A stretch of 64,000 nt of DNA, taken from assembly GCA_964493915.1 (NCBI GenBank), contig CAZBQH010000425.1, positions 121 through 64,120 on the forward strand, written 5' to 3'. Position numbers and translations under genes: made by a program. Below, piece after piece: positions 46,133 through 57,464 of this stretch. Position 1 is the first letter of the stretch. Every line of letters begins with the position of its first letter. This DNA is from an uncultured Nitrospiraceae bacterium (GTDB lineage: Bacteria > Hydrogenedentota > Hydrogenedentia > Hydrogenedentales > SLHB01). The notes beneath the pieces are model-generated. The model saw only the letters and a program-made list of their open reading frames with translations. It ran no database searches and was not told where the DNA came from.

Positions 46133-46885
46133 ATGCTCAAACGGCTGGCGGTATTGGGGAACGACGAAGCATTCCACGAGACCGTGGAACGGACCGCCCA
46201 AGATACGGAGCTCCAGATTTTTCGGATGCGGCGGGGCGATGATGTGCCGCGCGCAGCGGCGGCGCTATTGGCCCCGGAAAGCGAGACGGAATGGGCGGTG
46301 CAGGGGGCTTTGGTACTGGCTGCGCGACAGGAAGAGCTGCTCTTTCTGTTGGGTGAGGCCATTGATTGTCGGGAAGCTTCGATTACAGGCGCCGCGCACC
46401 GCGTCGTAGACCATGCTTCGCGCTTCTCCATTCACCTTAACCTCACATCGAAAGAGCAGTTGACCCTCGAGCGGGCCGCCTTGGTGCGCAATATCGGCAA
46501 GTTGCGCATTCCCAACGACATCCTGCTCAAAAAAGACGTCTTGAGCTATGATGAGTGGGCGCTTATCCGCTCGTTCCCCGCTTTGGGCGCCGAGTTTGTT
46601 TTGACCACCGATTGCCTCAGCGACACCGCTGAAGTCGTGCGCCGCTTCCACGAGTGCTACGACGGGACGGGTTACCCGGACGGGATCGAGGGGGAGTTCA
46701 TCCCTTATTTGGCCCGCGCGCTGAAGATTGTGGACGCATACTGCGCCATGACTACGCCCCGCGCCTACCGGCCCGCACAGTACACTCACGAGGATGCTGT
46801 GGCGTACCTCGAGCAAGAGAAGGGGACGCACTTCGATCCAGAGTTGGTAGATGCCTTTGTCGAGGGCCAGATAGGCGCTGCCTGA
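46133..46885 (+). CDS. HD-GYP-like domain protein with degenerate catalytic residues.
   Basis: FHECYDGTGYPDG is present, but the LHDIGK motif reads LVRNIGK and HHE reads FHE. Confidence 0.6.
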   Translation: MLKRLAVLGNDEAFHETVERTAQDTELQIFRMRRGDDVPRAAAALLAPESETEWAVQGALVLAARQEELLFLLGEAIDCREASITGAAHRVVDHASRFSIHLNLTSKEQLTLERAALVRNIGKLRIPNDILLKKDVLSYDEWALIRSFPALGAEFVLTTDCLSDTAEVVRRFHECYDGTGYPDGIEGEFIPYLARALKIVDAYCAMTTPRAYRPAQYTHEDAVAYLEQEKGTHFDPELVDAFVEGQIGAA

Positions 46886-46914
46886 GCGCCGCGCTCGGGG
46901 GGAGCGCATCTGTT

Positions 46915-48456
46915 TCAGGCCTTGATCTCTTTGCGGGTTCGGGCGCTGAGCAGTTTGATGTCGTGAATGTGGAAATCTGAGACGGACTCGATGGTGATCT
47001 CGCGGTCGAAGCGTCGCGCGACCTCCTCGAGCAGGTCCTTGTTCTCGTTGCGCAAGCGCCTCGCTACGTCGGAATGAACCTGAAGGATGACCCGCTTTTC
47101 CTTTGACTGACAGAACATGCTCCGCAGCCGGCGCAGCGTCTCGAAGGTCATGGTAGTCACACTGCGGACCAGGCCGCTCCCATCGCAGTAAGGGCACGGT
47201 TGCGAGAGTGCTTTCAGGAGGTTGTGCTTGACGCGTTTGCGGGTCATCTCGATCATGCCCAACTCGCTGATCTCGGAGATGGTGGTCTTGGCGCGGTCCT
47301 GTTTTAGCGCCTCCTGCAGGGTTTTGATGAGCTGCTTGCGGTTGCGTTCATATTCCATGTCGATGAAGTCAATGACGATGATGCCGCCCAAATCGCGCAG
47401 ACGGACCTGCCGGGCAATCTCCGCGGCCGCCTCGAGATTGGTCTTGAGCACTGTTTCCTCCAGATGCGTCTTGCCGGTGAATTTCCCGGTATTGACGTCG
47501 ATAGCAACAAGGGCTTCGGTTTGGTCAATGCAGATGTGTCCGCCGCTCTTGAGGAAGACTGTTCGCTGAAGGGCCTTTTGGATCTCTTGCTCTATCTCGA
47601 ATCGTTCGAAAACGGGCCGTTTGCCTTGGTACAGCTTGCATCGCCTTTTGAGATTGGGCGCGAACGTATCCAGAAAGTTAAGGATGCGGCTGTATTCCGA
47701 GTTGCTGTCGATGGTGAGTTTGGACACGTCGTTGGTGAACGAATCCCGGACGACGCGGAGGATGGGGCCGAGGTCTTCGTGAAGGAGGGACGGCGCTTTC
47801 GCGCTCTCCATCTTGTTCTTGATCCTCTGCCAGACTTTGGTCAGATAGCGCACGTCGGCCTCGAAATCGGGCTTGCGGCGTCCTTCCCCGGCGGTCCGCA
47901 CAATGCAGCCCAACCCGGGGGGCCGAACCTCCTGCAAACAACGCTTAAGCCGTTCCCGCTCGCGATCGCTGTCGATTTTACGCGAGACGCCCAGGTGCGA
48001 GACGGTCGGCATAAACACCAGATACCGCCCTGGCAGCGTGACGTAGTTGGTCAAGCGGACGCCTTTCGCGCCCATCGTGTCCTTCGCGACCTGAACCATA
48101 ATGGACTGGTTTTTCTTGAGGATCTGCTCGATGCGAACAGGCTTGCCGTGACGCCCTTTGGTCCGCGGTTTTACGGTCCCTTCTTCGAACACGAAATCGC
48201 CCGTGCCTTCCGTGCCTGCGATGTCGGACACATAAAGAAAGCCGTTTTTCTCGAAACCGATGTCGACAAAAGCAGCTTGAATGCCGGGGACAACCGAGTC
48301 CACAAGGCCTTTATAGATGTTTCCGACGAGGCTCCGGCTTTCCTGGCGTTCGATGTGAAGCTCGATAGGACGCTTGTTTTCGATCAGCGCAACACGCGTT
48401 TCCAAAGGTTCTACATTGACAATGAATTCCTTCGTCACGGTTTGAGATCCCTCCAC
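46915..48456 (-). CDS. rng: Ribonuclease G of the RNase E/G family.
   Basis: An N-terminal S1 domain plus an RNase E/G catalytic core give 513 aa. Confidence 0.8.
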   Translation of the reverse strand: MEGSQTVTKEFIVNVEPLETRVALIENKRPIELHIERQESRSLVGNIYKGLVDSVVPGIQAAFVDIGFEKNGFLYVSDIAGTEGTGDFVFEEGTVKPRTKGRHGKPVRIEQILKKNQSIMVQVAKDTMGAKGVRLTNYVTLPGRYLVFMPTVSHLGVSRKIDSDRERERLKRCLQEVRPPGLGCIVRTAGEGRRKPDFEADVRYLTKVWQRIKNKMESAKAPSLLHEDLGPILRVVRDSFTNDVSKLTIDSNSEYSRILNFLDTFAPNLKRRCKLYQGKRPVFERFEIEQEIQKALQRTVFLKSGGHICIDQTEALVAIDVNTGKFTGKTHLEETVLKTNLEAAAEIARQVRLRDLGGIIVIDFIDMEYERNRKQLIKTLQEALKQDRAKTTISEISELGMIEMTRKRVKHNLLKALSQPCPYCDGSGLVRSVTTMTFETLRRLRSMFCQSKEKRVILQVHSDVARRLRNENKDLLEEVARRFDREITIESVSDFHIHDIKLLSARTRKEIKA

Positions 48457-49178
48457 CCACCGGGCAGCGCCGGCTGGACGAGACGGACATACACCCGCTC
48501 GACCTGCAGCTGGGCAATCTGCTTATCCGTCAGCCCGAAGATGCTTGCGACGACTTCGTTTGGCTTCGGCGTGCCTTGAGCTAGGCGTTCAATGCGCATC
48601 ACGACCTTTCTACCGTTGCATTCCATACGGGGAACGCTTACCTTGAGATCAAGGACTCGTTCCCGCCCTTTGCGGGTCTGAATTAGAGGCCACTGGGTTG
48701 CTTCTAAAAAGGCCTGAACCTTTCCAGGGTCAAGTGCTTCCTCAATAGCGTAGCAGAAACTTGCAACCGCCGCCATGAGATGGGGAGTCCATGGGGGCAT
48801 TCGCCGCTGCCACAACAACGCGAGCCCTTCAGGAAGGCAAGGGATCAGACGCTGGGCGAAGGCGGTAGCGGTTATTGGTTGGCCCACTTCGAAGTCTACC
48901 CACTCGCAACGGCTCAAGTGTCCTGGCGTAAGGGGCGGTCCTGGCGTGATAGCGGCCCGATGGGCCTGACCGGTCCGCTCGACGGGCACGCCCGAACGGT
49001 CTACGACATCGTGGAGCAACTCGACATAGTCTCTGTGCGTAATCCACCGCAATGCCTCGCCGCGCCCGAGCTTGACCCGCATTATGCCCATGGGCGGCGC
49101 CTTGGAAGGGCGGAACAGGGTCCCAGGCCCATTGCCCCTATGCTTCGCCCAGTCATCCATGTCAGCACGACTGGCCAA
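48435..49178 (-). CDS. DUF2344 or TIGR03936-like (radical-SAM-linked) protein.
   Basis: MRVKLGRGEALRWITHRDYVELLHDVVDRSGVPVERT...PGPPL matches the pattern of this family. It is in conserved synteny between rodA and rng. Confidence 0.5.
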   Translation of the reverse strand: MASRADMDDWAKHRGNGPGTLFRPSKAPPMGIMRVKLGRGEALRWITHRDYVELLHDVVDRSGVPVERTGQAHRAAITPGPPLTPGHLSRCEWVDFEVGQPITATAFAQRLIPCLPEGLALLWQRRMPPWTPHLMAAVASFCYAIEEALDPGKVQAFLEATQWPLIQTRKGRERVLDLKVSVPRMECNGRKVVMRIERLAQGTPKPNEVVASIFGLTDKQIAQLQVERVYVRLVQPALPGGWRDLKP

Positions 49179-49232
49179 GGCTTTTGGGACGTTTGCGGCG
49201 TCTTCTTCGAGACTTTTCCGGCTGGTTTTGGC

Positions 49233-50375
49233 CTAGGCAAAGTAAATGCCCCGTTTGATGTGGGCATTGAGCATCAGCCCGATACAGATCATCGTGGTCA
49301 TGTAAAAGGACCCACCGTAGCTCATAAAAGGCAGCGGGATGCCCGTAACGGGCATGATCCCAATCGTGATGGCCACGTTGAGGAAGACGTGAAATGCTAG
49401 AATGGCCACGCAGCCCGAGACGATCAACTTGCCAGACATGTCTGGGCAGTCGCGCGCGATGGAAAGACCGCGCAGCAGCAAGAGGGCGAACAGCCCAATC
49501 ACCACTACCGCGCCGACAAATCCCTCCTCCTCGGCCAGCAATGCGAAAATGAAGTCGGTGTGGTGCTGGGGAAGGTAACTGAGATGGGTCTGGGTGCCTT
49601 CTGTGAACCCTTTGCCCCACATCTGTCCGCTGCCCACGGTAATCTTCGTCTGAATGATGTGAAGCCCTGATCCCGTCGGGTCTGCGTTGGGGTCCGCAAA
49701 TGAGATGAAGCGCTGTTTTTGGTAGTCCTCGAGATGATCCCAGCCCACGGCAGCGCAGGCCGCTCCTGCTATAAGGACCAAGACGAGATGCCGGCGCTTG
49801 CAGCCCGCTACGTAAAGCATGGCGAAAATAATGGGCGCCAGCGAGGCTGCCGTGCCCAAGCTGGGCTCAATGAGGATCAGTACGCCCGGGACGGCTGCGA
49901 TAGCAAATGCGAGCAGAAAGAAGAATAGACGGGTTATCCGCTTCTCAATATGCATCAGGTACCAAGTAAGTGAAAGGATAAGGACCGGCTTGCTGAACTC
50001 CGAAGGCTGAAGCCGGAAAGGACCCACCCACATCCAACGCTGACCGCCTCCTGCGGCGTGGCCGTGGAACTCGACCCAGACGAGCAGCCCAATCACGATG
50101 CAGTAAAAGATCGGCGCCAGCGACACGAGAAAACGGTAGTCGACGCAAACGATAAGCGCTGCAAGCACGCCCCCGCCTAGTAGCCAGATGGACTGTTTCG
50201 CCCAATAGGGGAAATCGGCTGCCGAGCTTTGTCCGGCGCTATACAGGGTGAACAGTCCAATTACGGCGAGCGCCAATGTCAGTGAAAGCAACACCCAATC
50301 GATCCGCAGAATGTTGCGGTAGTCGATGACCCCGATATGGGAATCCATCATGTCGCGGTTCTTGGCTACCGCCAT
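49233..50375 (-). CDS. rodA: SEDS-family peptidoglycan polymerase RodA.
   Basis: It is a multi-pass membrane protein with FtsW/RodA motifs, and it lies downstream of mrdA. Confidence 0.8.
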   Translation of the reverse strand: MAVAKNRDMMDSHIGVIDYRNILRIDWVLLSLTLALAVIGLFTLYSAGQSSAADFPYWAKQSIWLLGGGVLAALIVCVDYRFLVSLAPIFYCIVIGLLVWVEFHGHAAGGGQRWMWVGPFRLQPSEFSKPVLILSLTWYLMHIEKRITRLFFFLLAFAIAAVPGVLILIEPSLGTAASLAPIIFAMLYVAGCKRRHLVLVLIAGAACAAVGWDHLEDYQKQRFISFADPNADPTGSGLHIIQTKITVGSGQMWGKGFTEGTQTHLSYLPQHHTDFIFALLAEEEGFVGAVVVIGLFALLLLRGLSIARDCPDMSGKLIVSGCVAILAFHVFLNVAITIGIMPVTGIPLPFMSYGGSFYMTTMICIGLMLNAHIKRGIYFA

Positions 50376-52318
50376 CAGGACGACTCCTCTCGCTTAGCCA
50401 CCTGAACATGATCGGCCCGTTGCCTGTAGAAGAACTCGATGATTTGCTTAGCGCGCGGCGCCGCCGCCGTGCTGCCGTGAAGCCCATGCTCGATAATGAT
50501 GCTGATCGCGATGGGAGGCTCCTCGCCGGGTACGCCGGCAATGAACAAAGCATTGTCTCTGTACAGGTAGGGTATGTCCTCCTCGTTCTCATAATGCTCG
50601 TACTTGCTTCGAGGCACCACTTGGGCCGTGCCGGTTTTGCCCATGACGACCATGCCTTCGATCTTGGCGTAGCGCCCTGTGCCGCTCGGGTAGTCTTCTT
50701 TTTCGACGCATTTGCGCATGCCTTTCTGGAGAATCTCGAGGGTCCGGTCGCTAAGAACTCGTTTGGGCTTATGCCGGCCGCGGCGGGCTTGGTCGACATA
50801 GGGCAGGACACGGTATCCCCCGTTGATCACCGTCGCCATCATGACGGCATTCTGCAGGGGCGTAGTCCCCGTTTCGCCTTGGCCAATGGACAGGTTAAGC
50901 GTGTTGCCGTCGTACCACTGCCATTCCCAGGGATTGTCGGGATAGCGCTCCTTCATTTGCTCCTTCTTCCACTCGCGCGAGGGGACCAAGCCGGCCTCTT
51001 CGCCCGGCAGATCGATGCCCGTGGGAACGCCCAGGCCCATTCTGTCGGCCCATTCCTTGATGGTGTCGACGCCGAGGAGAAGCCCCACATTGTAAAAAAA
51101 CACGTCGCACGAGTAAGCGAGCGCATCGACGACGTTAGTGGCGCCGTGACCTCCCTTTTTCCAGCATCCCCATCTGCGCGATCCCAAGGTGTAAGACCCG
51201 TGGCAAGTGAACGACGTCTTTTCGCTGATCTTGCCTTCTTCGAGAGCCGCTGCAGCCAGCATGACTTTGAACACCGAGCCCGGAGCGTACTTCGCTTGAT
51301 AAGAGCGGTTCGAAAGCGGGGCGAGTCGGCTGGTCAACACATCGGTGCGACTGTGGCTGGGGGCGACAAAGATGTTCGGATCGTAGCCGGGCGAGCTTGC
51401 CAAGGCAAGCACCTCGCCTGTCTTCGCCTCGATCACAGCGATCGCGCCTATCTCCCCTTCGAGAAGGTTCTCGCAGAAGGCCTGAAGCTCAACGTCGATG
51501 GTCAAGTATATGGGCGTCCCCGGTTCGGGATCGCGCCGCTGCTCGACATCGAGCTTCCGGCCGTAGCTGTCCATTGCGATAATGGGCTTGCCGTATTCGT
51601 TCGTCCGGAGTTCAGGCCGGCGGTCCGTTCGATAGACGACTACCACCATGCCGCCGTCCTCGCCGCGCAACGTTTCCTCGTGGAGGGATTCGAGCCCTGC
51701 TTTGCCGATGTAGTCGCCGAGGCGGTAGCCTTGCTCATAGAGCGCTTGCTTCTCCTCCTCGCTCATGCCGCGCGTGAAGGCCTCGCCGATATAGCCCAGG
51801 AGCTGGCCGGCGACTTTGCCGTAGTTGTAGCGTCGTTGGGGCCGAACGACTTCCATAACGCCTGGCAAAAGGTAGGTGTATTCGCCGACGCGGGCCAGCT
51901 CGGTTTTCGAGGCGTCCCGTTTGACCATCACTTGCTTATAGGGCGTGCGTTTCAGCGCCGCGATCTCTTTCAGAATCTCCTGGCCGTTCACGTCCAGAAG
52001 CCGCTCGAGGCGGCGACAGACCTCCTCGCGCCGCGCCTCGGGGCACTCGGCCGGAATCAGAACAAGATCGCAGGTGGCCCGGTTGTCGGCCAGCACGATC
52101 GTGTCGTCGCGTCCGTATATCATGCCCCGTGGCGCCTTGAGCCGCTGCGGGTGGAGTCGATTCTCCTCAGCCTGTTTCGCATACTCGTTTCCATCGATGA
52201 TTTGCAGGTGCCAGAGGCGCAGAACCAGCACGCTGAATGCCAGTAGAATGGCGAATGCGAGCCATGTCACCCTCTTTTCGGCTCCTTCATGGCGCTGTTT
52301 GTCCGGCTTGGCTATCAT
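50375..52318 (-). CDS. mrdA: Penicillin-binding protein 2 (elongasome transpeptidase).
   Basis: The SVFK, SCD and KTGTAQ active-site motifs are present. It is 647 aa. Confidence 0.85.
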   Translation of the reverse strand: MIAKPDKQRHEGAEKRVTWLAFAILLAFSVLVLRLWHLQIIDGNEYAKQAEENRLHPQRLKAPRGMIYGRDDTIVLADNRATCDLVLIPAECPEARREEVCRRLERLLDVNGQEILKEIAALKRTPYKQVMVKRDASKTELARVGEYTYLLPGVMEVVRPQRRYNYGKVAGQLLGYIGEAFTRGMSEEEKQALYEQGYRLGDYIGKAGLESLHEETLRGEDGGMVVVVYRTDRRPELRTNEYGKPIIAMDSYGRKLDVEQRRDPEPGTPIYLTIDVELQAFCENLLEGEIGAIAVIEAKTGEVLALASSPGYDPNIFVAPSHSRTDVLTSRLAPLSNRSYQAKYAPGSVFKVMLAAAALEEGKISEKTSFTCHGSYTLGSRRWGCWKKGGHGATNVVDALAYSCDVFFYNVGLLLGVDTIKEWADRMGLGVPTGIDLPGEEAGLVPSREWKKEQMKERYPDNPWEWQWYDGNTLNLSIGQGETGTTPLQNAVMMATVINGGYRVLPYVDQARRGRHKPKRVLSDRTLEILQKGMRKCVEKEDYPSGTGRYAKIEGMVVMGKTGTAQVVPRSKYEHYENEEDIPYLYRDNALFIAGVPGEEPPIAISIIIEHGLHGSTAAAPRAKQIIEFFYRQRADHVQVAKREESS

Positions 52319-52840
52319 CTAAGACGCGCCTCCCGCAATGGGATTGGTCCGCCGCAAAGCGCGATCGAGCACGAAGAAGACCACTGGCGTCGCCAGCCCT
52401 GTGTAGAATGCGCCCGGAACGACCTTGGCAGCAATCATTTGCAGCGCGCTCATGCTCGGCATTTGTATGTACTGGATCAGGGTATAGAGCAGGCCGTGGG
52501 CAAGGGCCGCAACAAAAACCGCGCCGGCTTTGACCGCAGGGTGTTCCGTTACCAGCCGGGTGGACATACGGCCTACGAGGTAGCCTGCCAGCACGTTGCA
52601 GAATACGTGATGGCCCAGCACGCCATTGCTGGCGATGTCTTGAAAAACACCCCCGAGCGCCCCCGTAAACATGGCGCGTTCCTCACCTTCCGCAATTCCG
52701 AAGTAGACGACGAGAATTAAAGTCAGATCCGGCAGAACGCCCGCCACGCGCAGAGCCTCCGGCCAAGTCGTTTGGACCAAGGCGGCGAGCATTACGACGG
52801 CCGCCCAAAGTAGGTTCTTGCGCATCAGTTCACCTCGCAC
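52319..52840 (-). CDS. mreD: Rod shape-determining protein MreD.
   Basis: It is a small polytopic membrane protein lying between mreC and mrdA. Confidence 0.65.
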   Translation of the reverse strand: MRGELMRKNLLWAAVVMLAALVQTTWPEALRVAGVLPDLTLILVVYFGIAEGEERAMFTGALGGVFQDIASNGVLGHHVFCNVLAGYLVGRMSTRLVTEHPAVKAGAVFVAALAHGLLYTLIQYIQMPSMSALQMIAAKVVPGAFYTGLATPVVFFVLDRALRRTNPIAGGAS

Positions 52841-52843
52841 AAG

Positions 52844-53767
52844 CTAGGGTGCATAGCGTTGTTGAATGGGGCGATCATCCGGCATTTCCGGCGCCACGGA
52901 GATCTCGGCGCCCGGAGCGTCCGCCGTACCGGACAGGGCCTCGGCGGCGTCTTGGGCTTGTGTCACCAAGAACACTTCATCCAACCGTGTGAAATCCACG
53001 GCTGGTTCGATGACAGCCAGTTTCAGGAGGGAGCCCGTGTCTTTCACGGCGACGACCTTGCCAATGGGATATCCGGCGGGAAAGATGCTCTCTCCGCTGG
53101 TGACGACCTCGTCGCCTTGGCGGATGTCGTCTTTCAGGTCGATGTTTTGCATCGTGCAGATGTGACTGCCCGATAGGCCGCTCCCTTGCACCTTGCCGCG
53201 GACCCGGTTGCGCCTGACCATTGCGCTGATAGTGCACTCGGCGCGGTGCAGCGTCATCACTTGGGACACAAGCGGTTCCACTTCGGTGACTACGCCCGCC
53301 ACGCCTTGCTCCGTAATGGCGCACATAAAGGGGCTCACGCCGTGCAGGGATCCCCGGTCGATGACCAGAACTCCTTTTGATCGGGCAATGATCTCGACAG
53401 GCTTCAGCACCAGCCGCGGTTGGCTTCGCTCGAAGTCAAGCATGCGGCGCAGACGCTCGTTTTCGGCCATGAGCTCCGTACGTTCTGCGATGTGAGGCAA
53501 GAAGGCCGCAATCTGACGGTTCAGACGTTCCATCTCCTCGCGCGATGCATCATAGTCGACAACAAGGCCCAGGGCATAGTCGGCCGCTTCGCCGGCTGTC
53601 GTGAAGGTCTTCCAGAAAGGGTAAGCAACAATGGAGACCGCCGTGCTCAAGAGGCGCCGGATCGCCAGGGCTTTGGCGCCCGACGCGAGCGACCCGAGCG
53701 ACAGCACGAGAAGAACGACCAGGATGATCGTGGGACGATGCTCACCTATCCGCCGCACCAGTGCCAA
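52844..53767 (-). CDS. mreC: Rod shape-determining protein MreC.
   Basis: An N-terminal TM segment, a coiled coil and an MreC beta domain are present. Confidence 0.75.
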   Translation of the reverse strand: MALVRRIGEHRPTIILVVLLVLSLGSLASGAKALAIRRLLSTAVSIVAYPFWKTFTTAGEAADYALGLVVDYDASREEMERLNRQIAAFLPHIAERTELMAENERLRRMLDFERSQPRLVLKPVEIIARSKGVLVIDRGSLHGVSPFMCAITEQGVAGVVTEVEPLVSQVMTLHRAECTISAMVRRNRVRGKVQGSGLSGSHICTMQNIDLKDDIRQGDEVVTSGESIFPAGYPIGKVVAVKDTGSLLKLAVIEPAVDFTRLDEVFLVTQAQDAAEALSGTADAPGAEISVAPEMPDDRPIQQRYAP

Positions 53768-53770
53768 GGA

Positions 53771-54817
<1,047 letters not shown>

Positions 54818-55107
54818 TTAAGATAGAACTCCCCGCCCAAACCTGCTAAACTAGCTAAATTGTCTATTGACAATCGCTTAAGGCATCTACCCTTGGAACC
54901 GGACACATTATATCAAAATCGCCCTGCAATTGAAAGACCGCCGGCTCCTTGGCGTCAAGAGCTAAAAGAGTCGAGACACCCGTCGCGGAACGAATGGTCA
55001 CAGCAACGATTTATTGAGGTTTCTCCCACGCAGAGGCCCGTTTTTCGTATCGTTGAGAGCCTTTTCTCAGGCCACAGACAATGGTCGGGCCTAGATGGTT
55101 CTTGCCC

Positions 55108-55740
55108 TCATTTGTTCGGCCAAGGCCGGAAGCTGCGGCCTCGAAGATATGCTACGGCTAGGATCGCGCCTGCAAAATCAGCGACGAGGTCCAGCGCGGT
55201 GTTGAGATAACCGCCCACCCCCGTCTCCGGAATCAACACCGTAGCCAGAAACTCGACGATCTCATTCAAAGCCCCGACCCCCAGCCCGGCCATGAGGACC
55301 ACGATCGACAAAGCGGTCCATCGCTCGAGGTCCGGGCGAAGCAAAGGACTCATGACGTGAAACATAAGAAGTGTGGCCACCCCAAAACCGACCATGTGGA
55401 CCACCTGATCATAGCGCAGAATCGGCAGTGTGTTGGATAGAGGGACAAGCATGACTCCGTAGAGAACGCCTTCGCCCACGGGGATGCCGCCGCCGCACAT
55501 GTGCAGAACAGCCCAAAGAACCAGCCCCCAGATGACGGGAAGAGGGTAGCGGAGTCGCCCGTTGGTCAGCGCAATAACGAAGGCGAAGAAGACGATCACG
55601 CCCACATACATTAAGAACTCATAGTTCCGCTGCACCGCGAAGTAAGTTGTGAACGCAACAAGTGCACACAATAACGTCGTGAGGGGCGCAATATGCTTTC
55701 GCTCGAAATGGACCGCGGACCATCTCTCCTGTCGTATGGC
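55108..55740 (-). CDS. DUF2238-like integral membrane protein. Its start is uncertain, and the M-start ORF up to 55884 overlaps the upstream gene.
   Basis: Multiple TM helices and YDQVVHMVGFG are present. Confidence 0.45.
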   Translation of the reverse strand, partial: AIRQERWSAVHFERKHIAPLTTLLCALVAFTTYFAVQRNYEFLMYVGVIVFFAFVIALTNGRLRYPLPVIWGLVLWAVLHMCGGGIPVGEGVLYGVMLVPLSNTLPILRYDQVVHMVGFGVATLLMFHVMSPLLRPDLERWTALSIVVLMAGLGVGALNEIVEFLATVLIPETGVGGYLNTALDLVADFAGAILAVAYLRGRSFRPWPNK

Positions 55741-55742
55741 GT

Positions 55743-57464
55743 TCAGCTTTTTTCCCCATCTGTCAGAACGGCTATCGACGCCCAGTAACCGGCCTCGCAC
55801 ATCCAGCCGGAGGGTTCGTTGAGCAGCTCGAGCGTGACGGTGCGTCCGGCGTAAGGGGCGAGGTCTACGAGGGCTACCAGCCACCCGTCGCGGACAGTAT
55901 CCGGTCCGACGGTCATCCTCTCAATTTCTTGACTGTCGACCTTCACGACAAAGGTCCAGTCGCCTTCAGGGTGATGGCTGACGACCGCTCGCAACGCCGC
56001 CTTAGCGCCTTCAGGAATACGAAGCTGCCGGGTCAATCTGCAAGCCGTCGAGGGATCTCGCGGGTGCGTCACAAGGACTTTCTGGTGGCCGCGGAAGGTC
56101 TCGCGGAGCCCGGGATCCATATCCCATCCGCATTTGCTGATGGTCCAACCGGGGGCAAACGCAGCAATGGCTTCCGAGAGATCCACGGAACCATCCGGCG
56201 TTGCCTTAGGGACGGCAAGCTGCGCCATCTCCGCTTGGGTATAGCGTGTGCCTGCGGGAGGCCCCGGGTCCCAGCATTGTTCGAGGGACAAAGGCTTGGC
56301 CGTAGCCACGGGGATCACGAAAACCTCGCGGCCTTGTGCGTCTTTAGCGATCTTTCCTCCGGCCTGCTTGACAGCCTGACGCGCCAGCGCCTCGCAGACT
56401 TTGACGAGCTTGGTGAAATTGTAGTCCGTATGGAGAAACTCGCGCTCGGCATCGAGGGTGGCGGTGTAACGCGAGGGCATGTTCGAGAATCCGATGGTTG
56501 TGCAAAGGATCCCAGCGGCGCTCGACGGATTACAGTCGGAATCCTGACCGCATCGCGTCGAGACGGCGATGGTCTTTTCGATGTCTCTTTCGCCGTACAA
56601 CAGGCCCATGACGATGTATGCGCCGTTGAGTTTGGCGTCAATATTAAATGCTGATTCGGGGCCGCTGCATGAAAAACGCCGGTAGTCAGGGTTCAGATGG
56701 TACTTCTTGTTGACCACTTCCCAGGTTCTGGTCCAGTCGTCAGGGAATTGCGCGTGCCAGGCGAGTACATCACTGATGCACTCATGGTACTGGCTTCCCC
56801 TTGGGATGCATGCAAGCCCGGCGCGGACGATCGCCTCGACGCTGGTCTCGAAAAAGGCCTCGGCATACATCCCGCCGACGAACTGACCCCCGTAGAGACC
56901 GTCGCCGTAGTTCATGAGCCGCCCGAAGGTCTCGCCGAGCCGGATGGCAAGATTGGGAAGCCCGGGTGCAATCAGCCCGGAGAAGTCGGCCTCGATTTGA
57001 TAGTCGATGTCGTCTGCATGATGGTTGAATTGTGGATGGCCCGAGTCGGGCGGAGCTATGCCCGTGCGCAGATTGGTGCGTCCTGCGTCATTGGCGTGCC
57101 AGAGCGGGTAGCGGCTGTTGGCGAAATCCAGACCCGCCTCGCGCGACGACGCGGCAAGGCCATAGCGCTCGAGGGTCTCGAGGAAGGTCATCTCGACGTA
57201 AAGATCGTCCTGCTGGAACTGGTTCACCATCTCGGGCGTCCAGTCCGGCATTTCCTCGGCGCTCAGCATTCGGCCCTGGGCCTTGAACTCGGTTGGACCG
57301 CCCCAACCGACACCCACCATCTGGCCGGCCCATCCCCCCTTCATTTTGTCAACATAAACATCTACAAGAATGGAACGCGTGTTTGTTTTCTGTTGTGCTG
57401 TTGCGTCAACAAGCTCCATGCCAAGGCCGAGCAGCCCAAGCGCCAAAGCAACTGTCCGCATCAC
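55743..57464 (-). CDS. Secreted ADP-ribosylglycohydrolase family protein.
   Basis: A signal peptide is present. GGWAGQMVGVGWGGPTEF, YGDGLYGGQFV and CGQDSDCN match the motifs of this family. Confidence 0.6.
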   Translation of the reverse strand: MMRTVALALGLLGLGMELVDATAQQKTNTRSILVDVYVDKMKGGWAGQMVGVGWGGPTEFKAQGRMLSAEEMPDWTPEMVNQFQQDDLYVEMTFLETLERYGLAASSREAGLDFANSRYPLWHANDAGRTNLRTGIAPPDSGHPQFNHHADDIDYQIEADFSGLIAPGLPNLAIRLGETFGRLMNYGDGLYGGQFVGGMYAEAFFETSVEAIVRAGLACIPRGSQYHECISDVLAWHAQFPDDWTRTWEVVNKKYHLNPDYRRFSCSGPESAFNIDAKLNGAYIVMGLLYGERDIEKTIAVSTRCGQDSDCNPSSAAGILCTTIGFSNMPSRYTATLDAEREFLHTDYNFTKLVKVCEALARQAVKQAGGKIAKDAQGREVFVIPVATAKPLSLEQCWDPGPPAGTRYTQAEMAQLAVPKATPDGSVDLSEAIAAFAPGWTISKCGWDMDPGLRETFRGHQKVLVTHPRDPSTACRLTRQLRIPEGAKAALRAVVSHHPEGDWTFVVKVDSQEIERMTVGPDTVRDGWLVALVDLAPYAGRTVTLELLNEPSGWMCEAGYWASIAVLTDGEKS

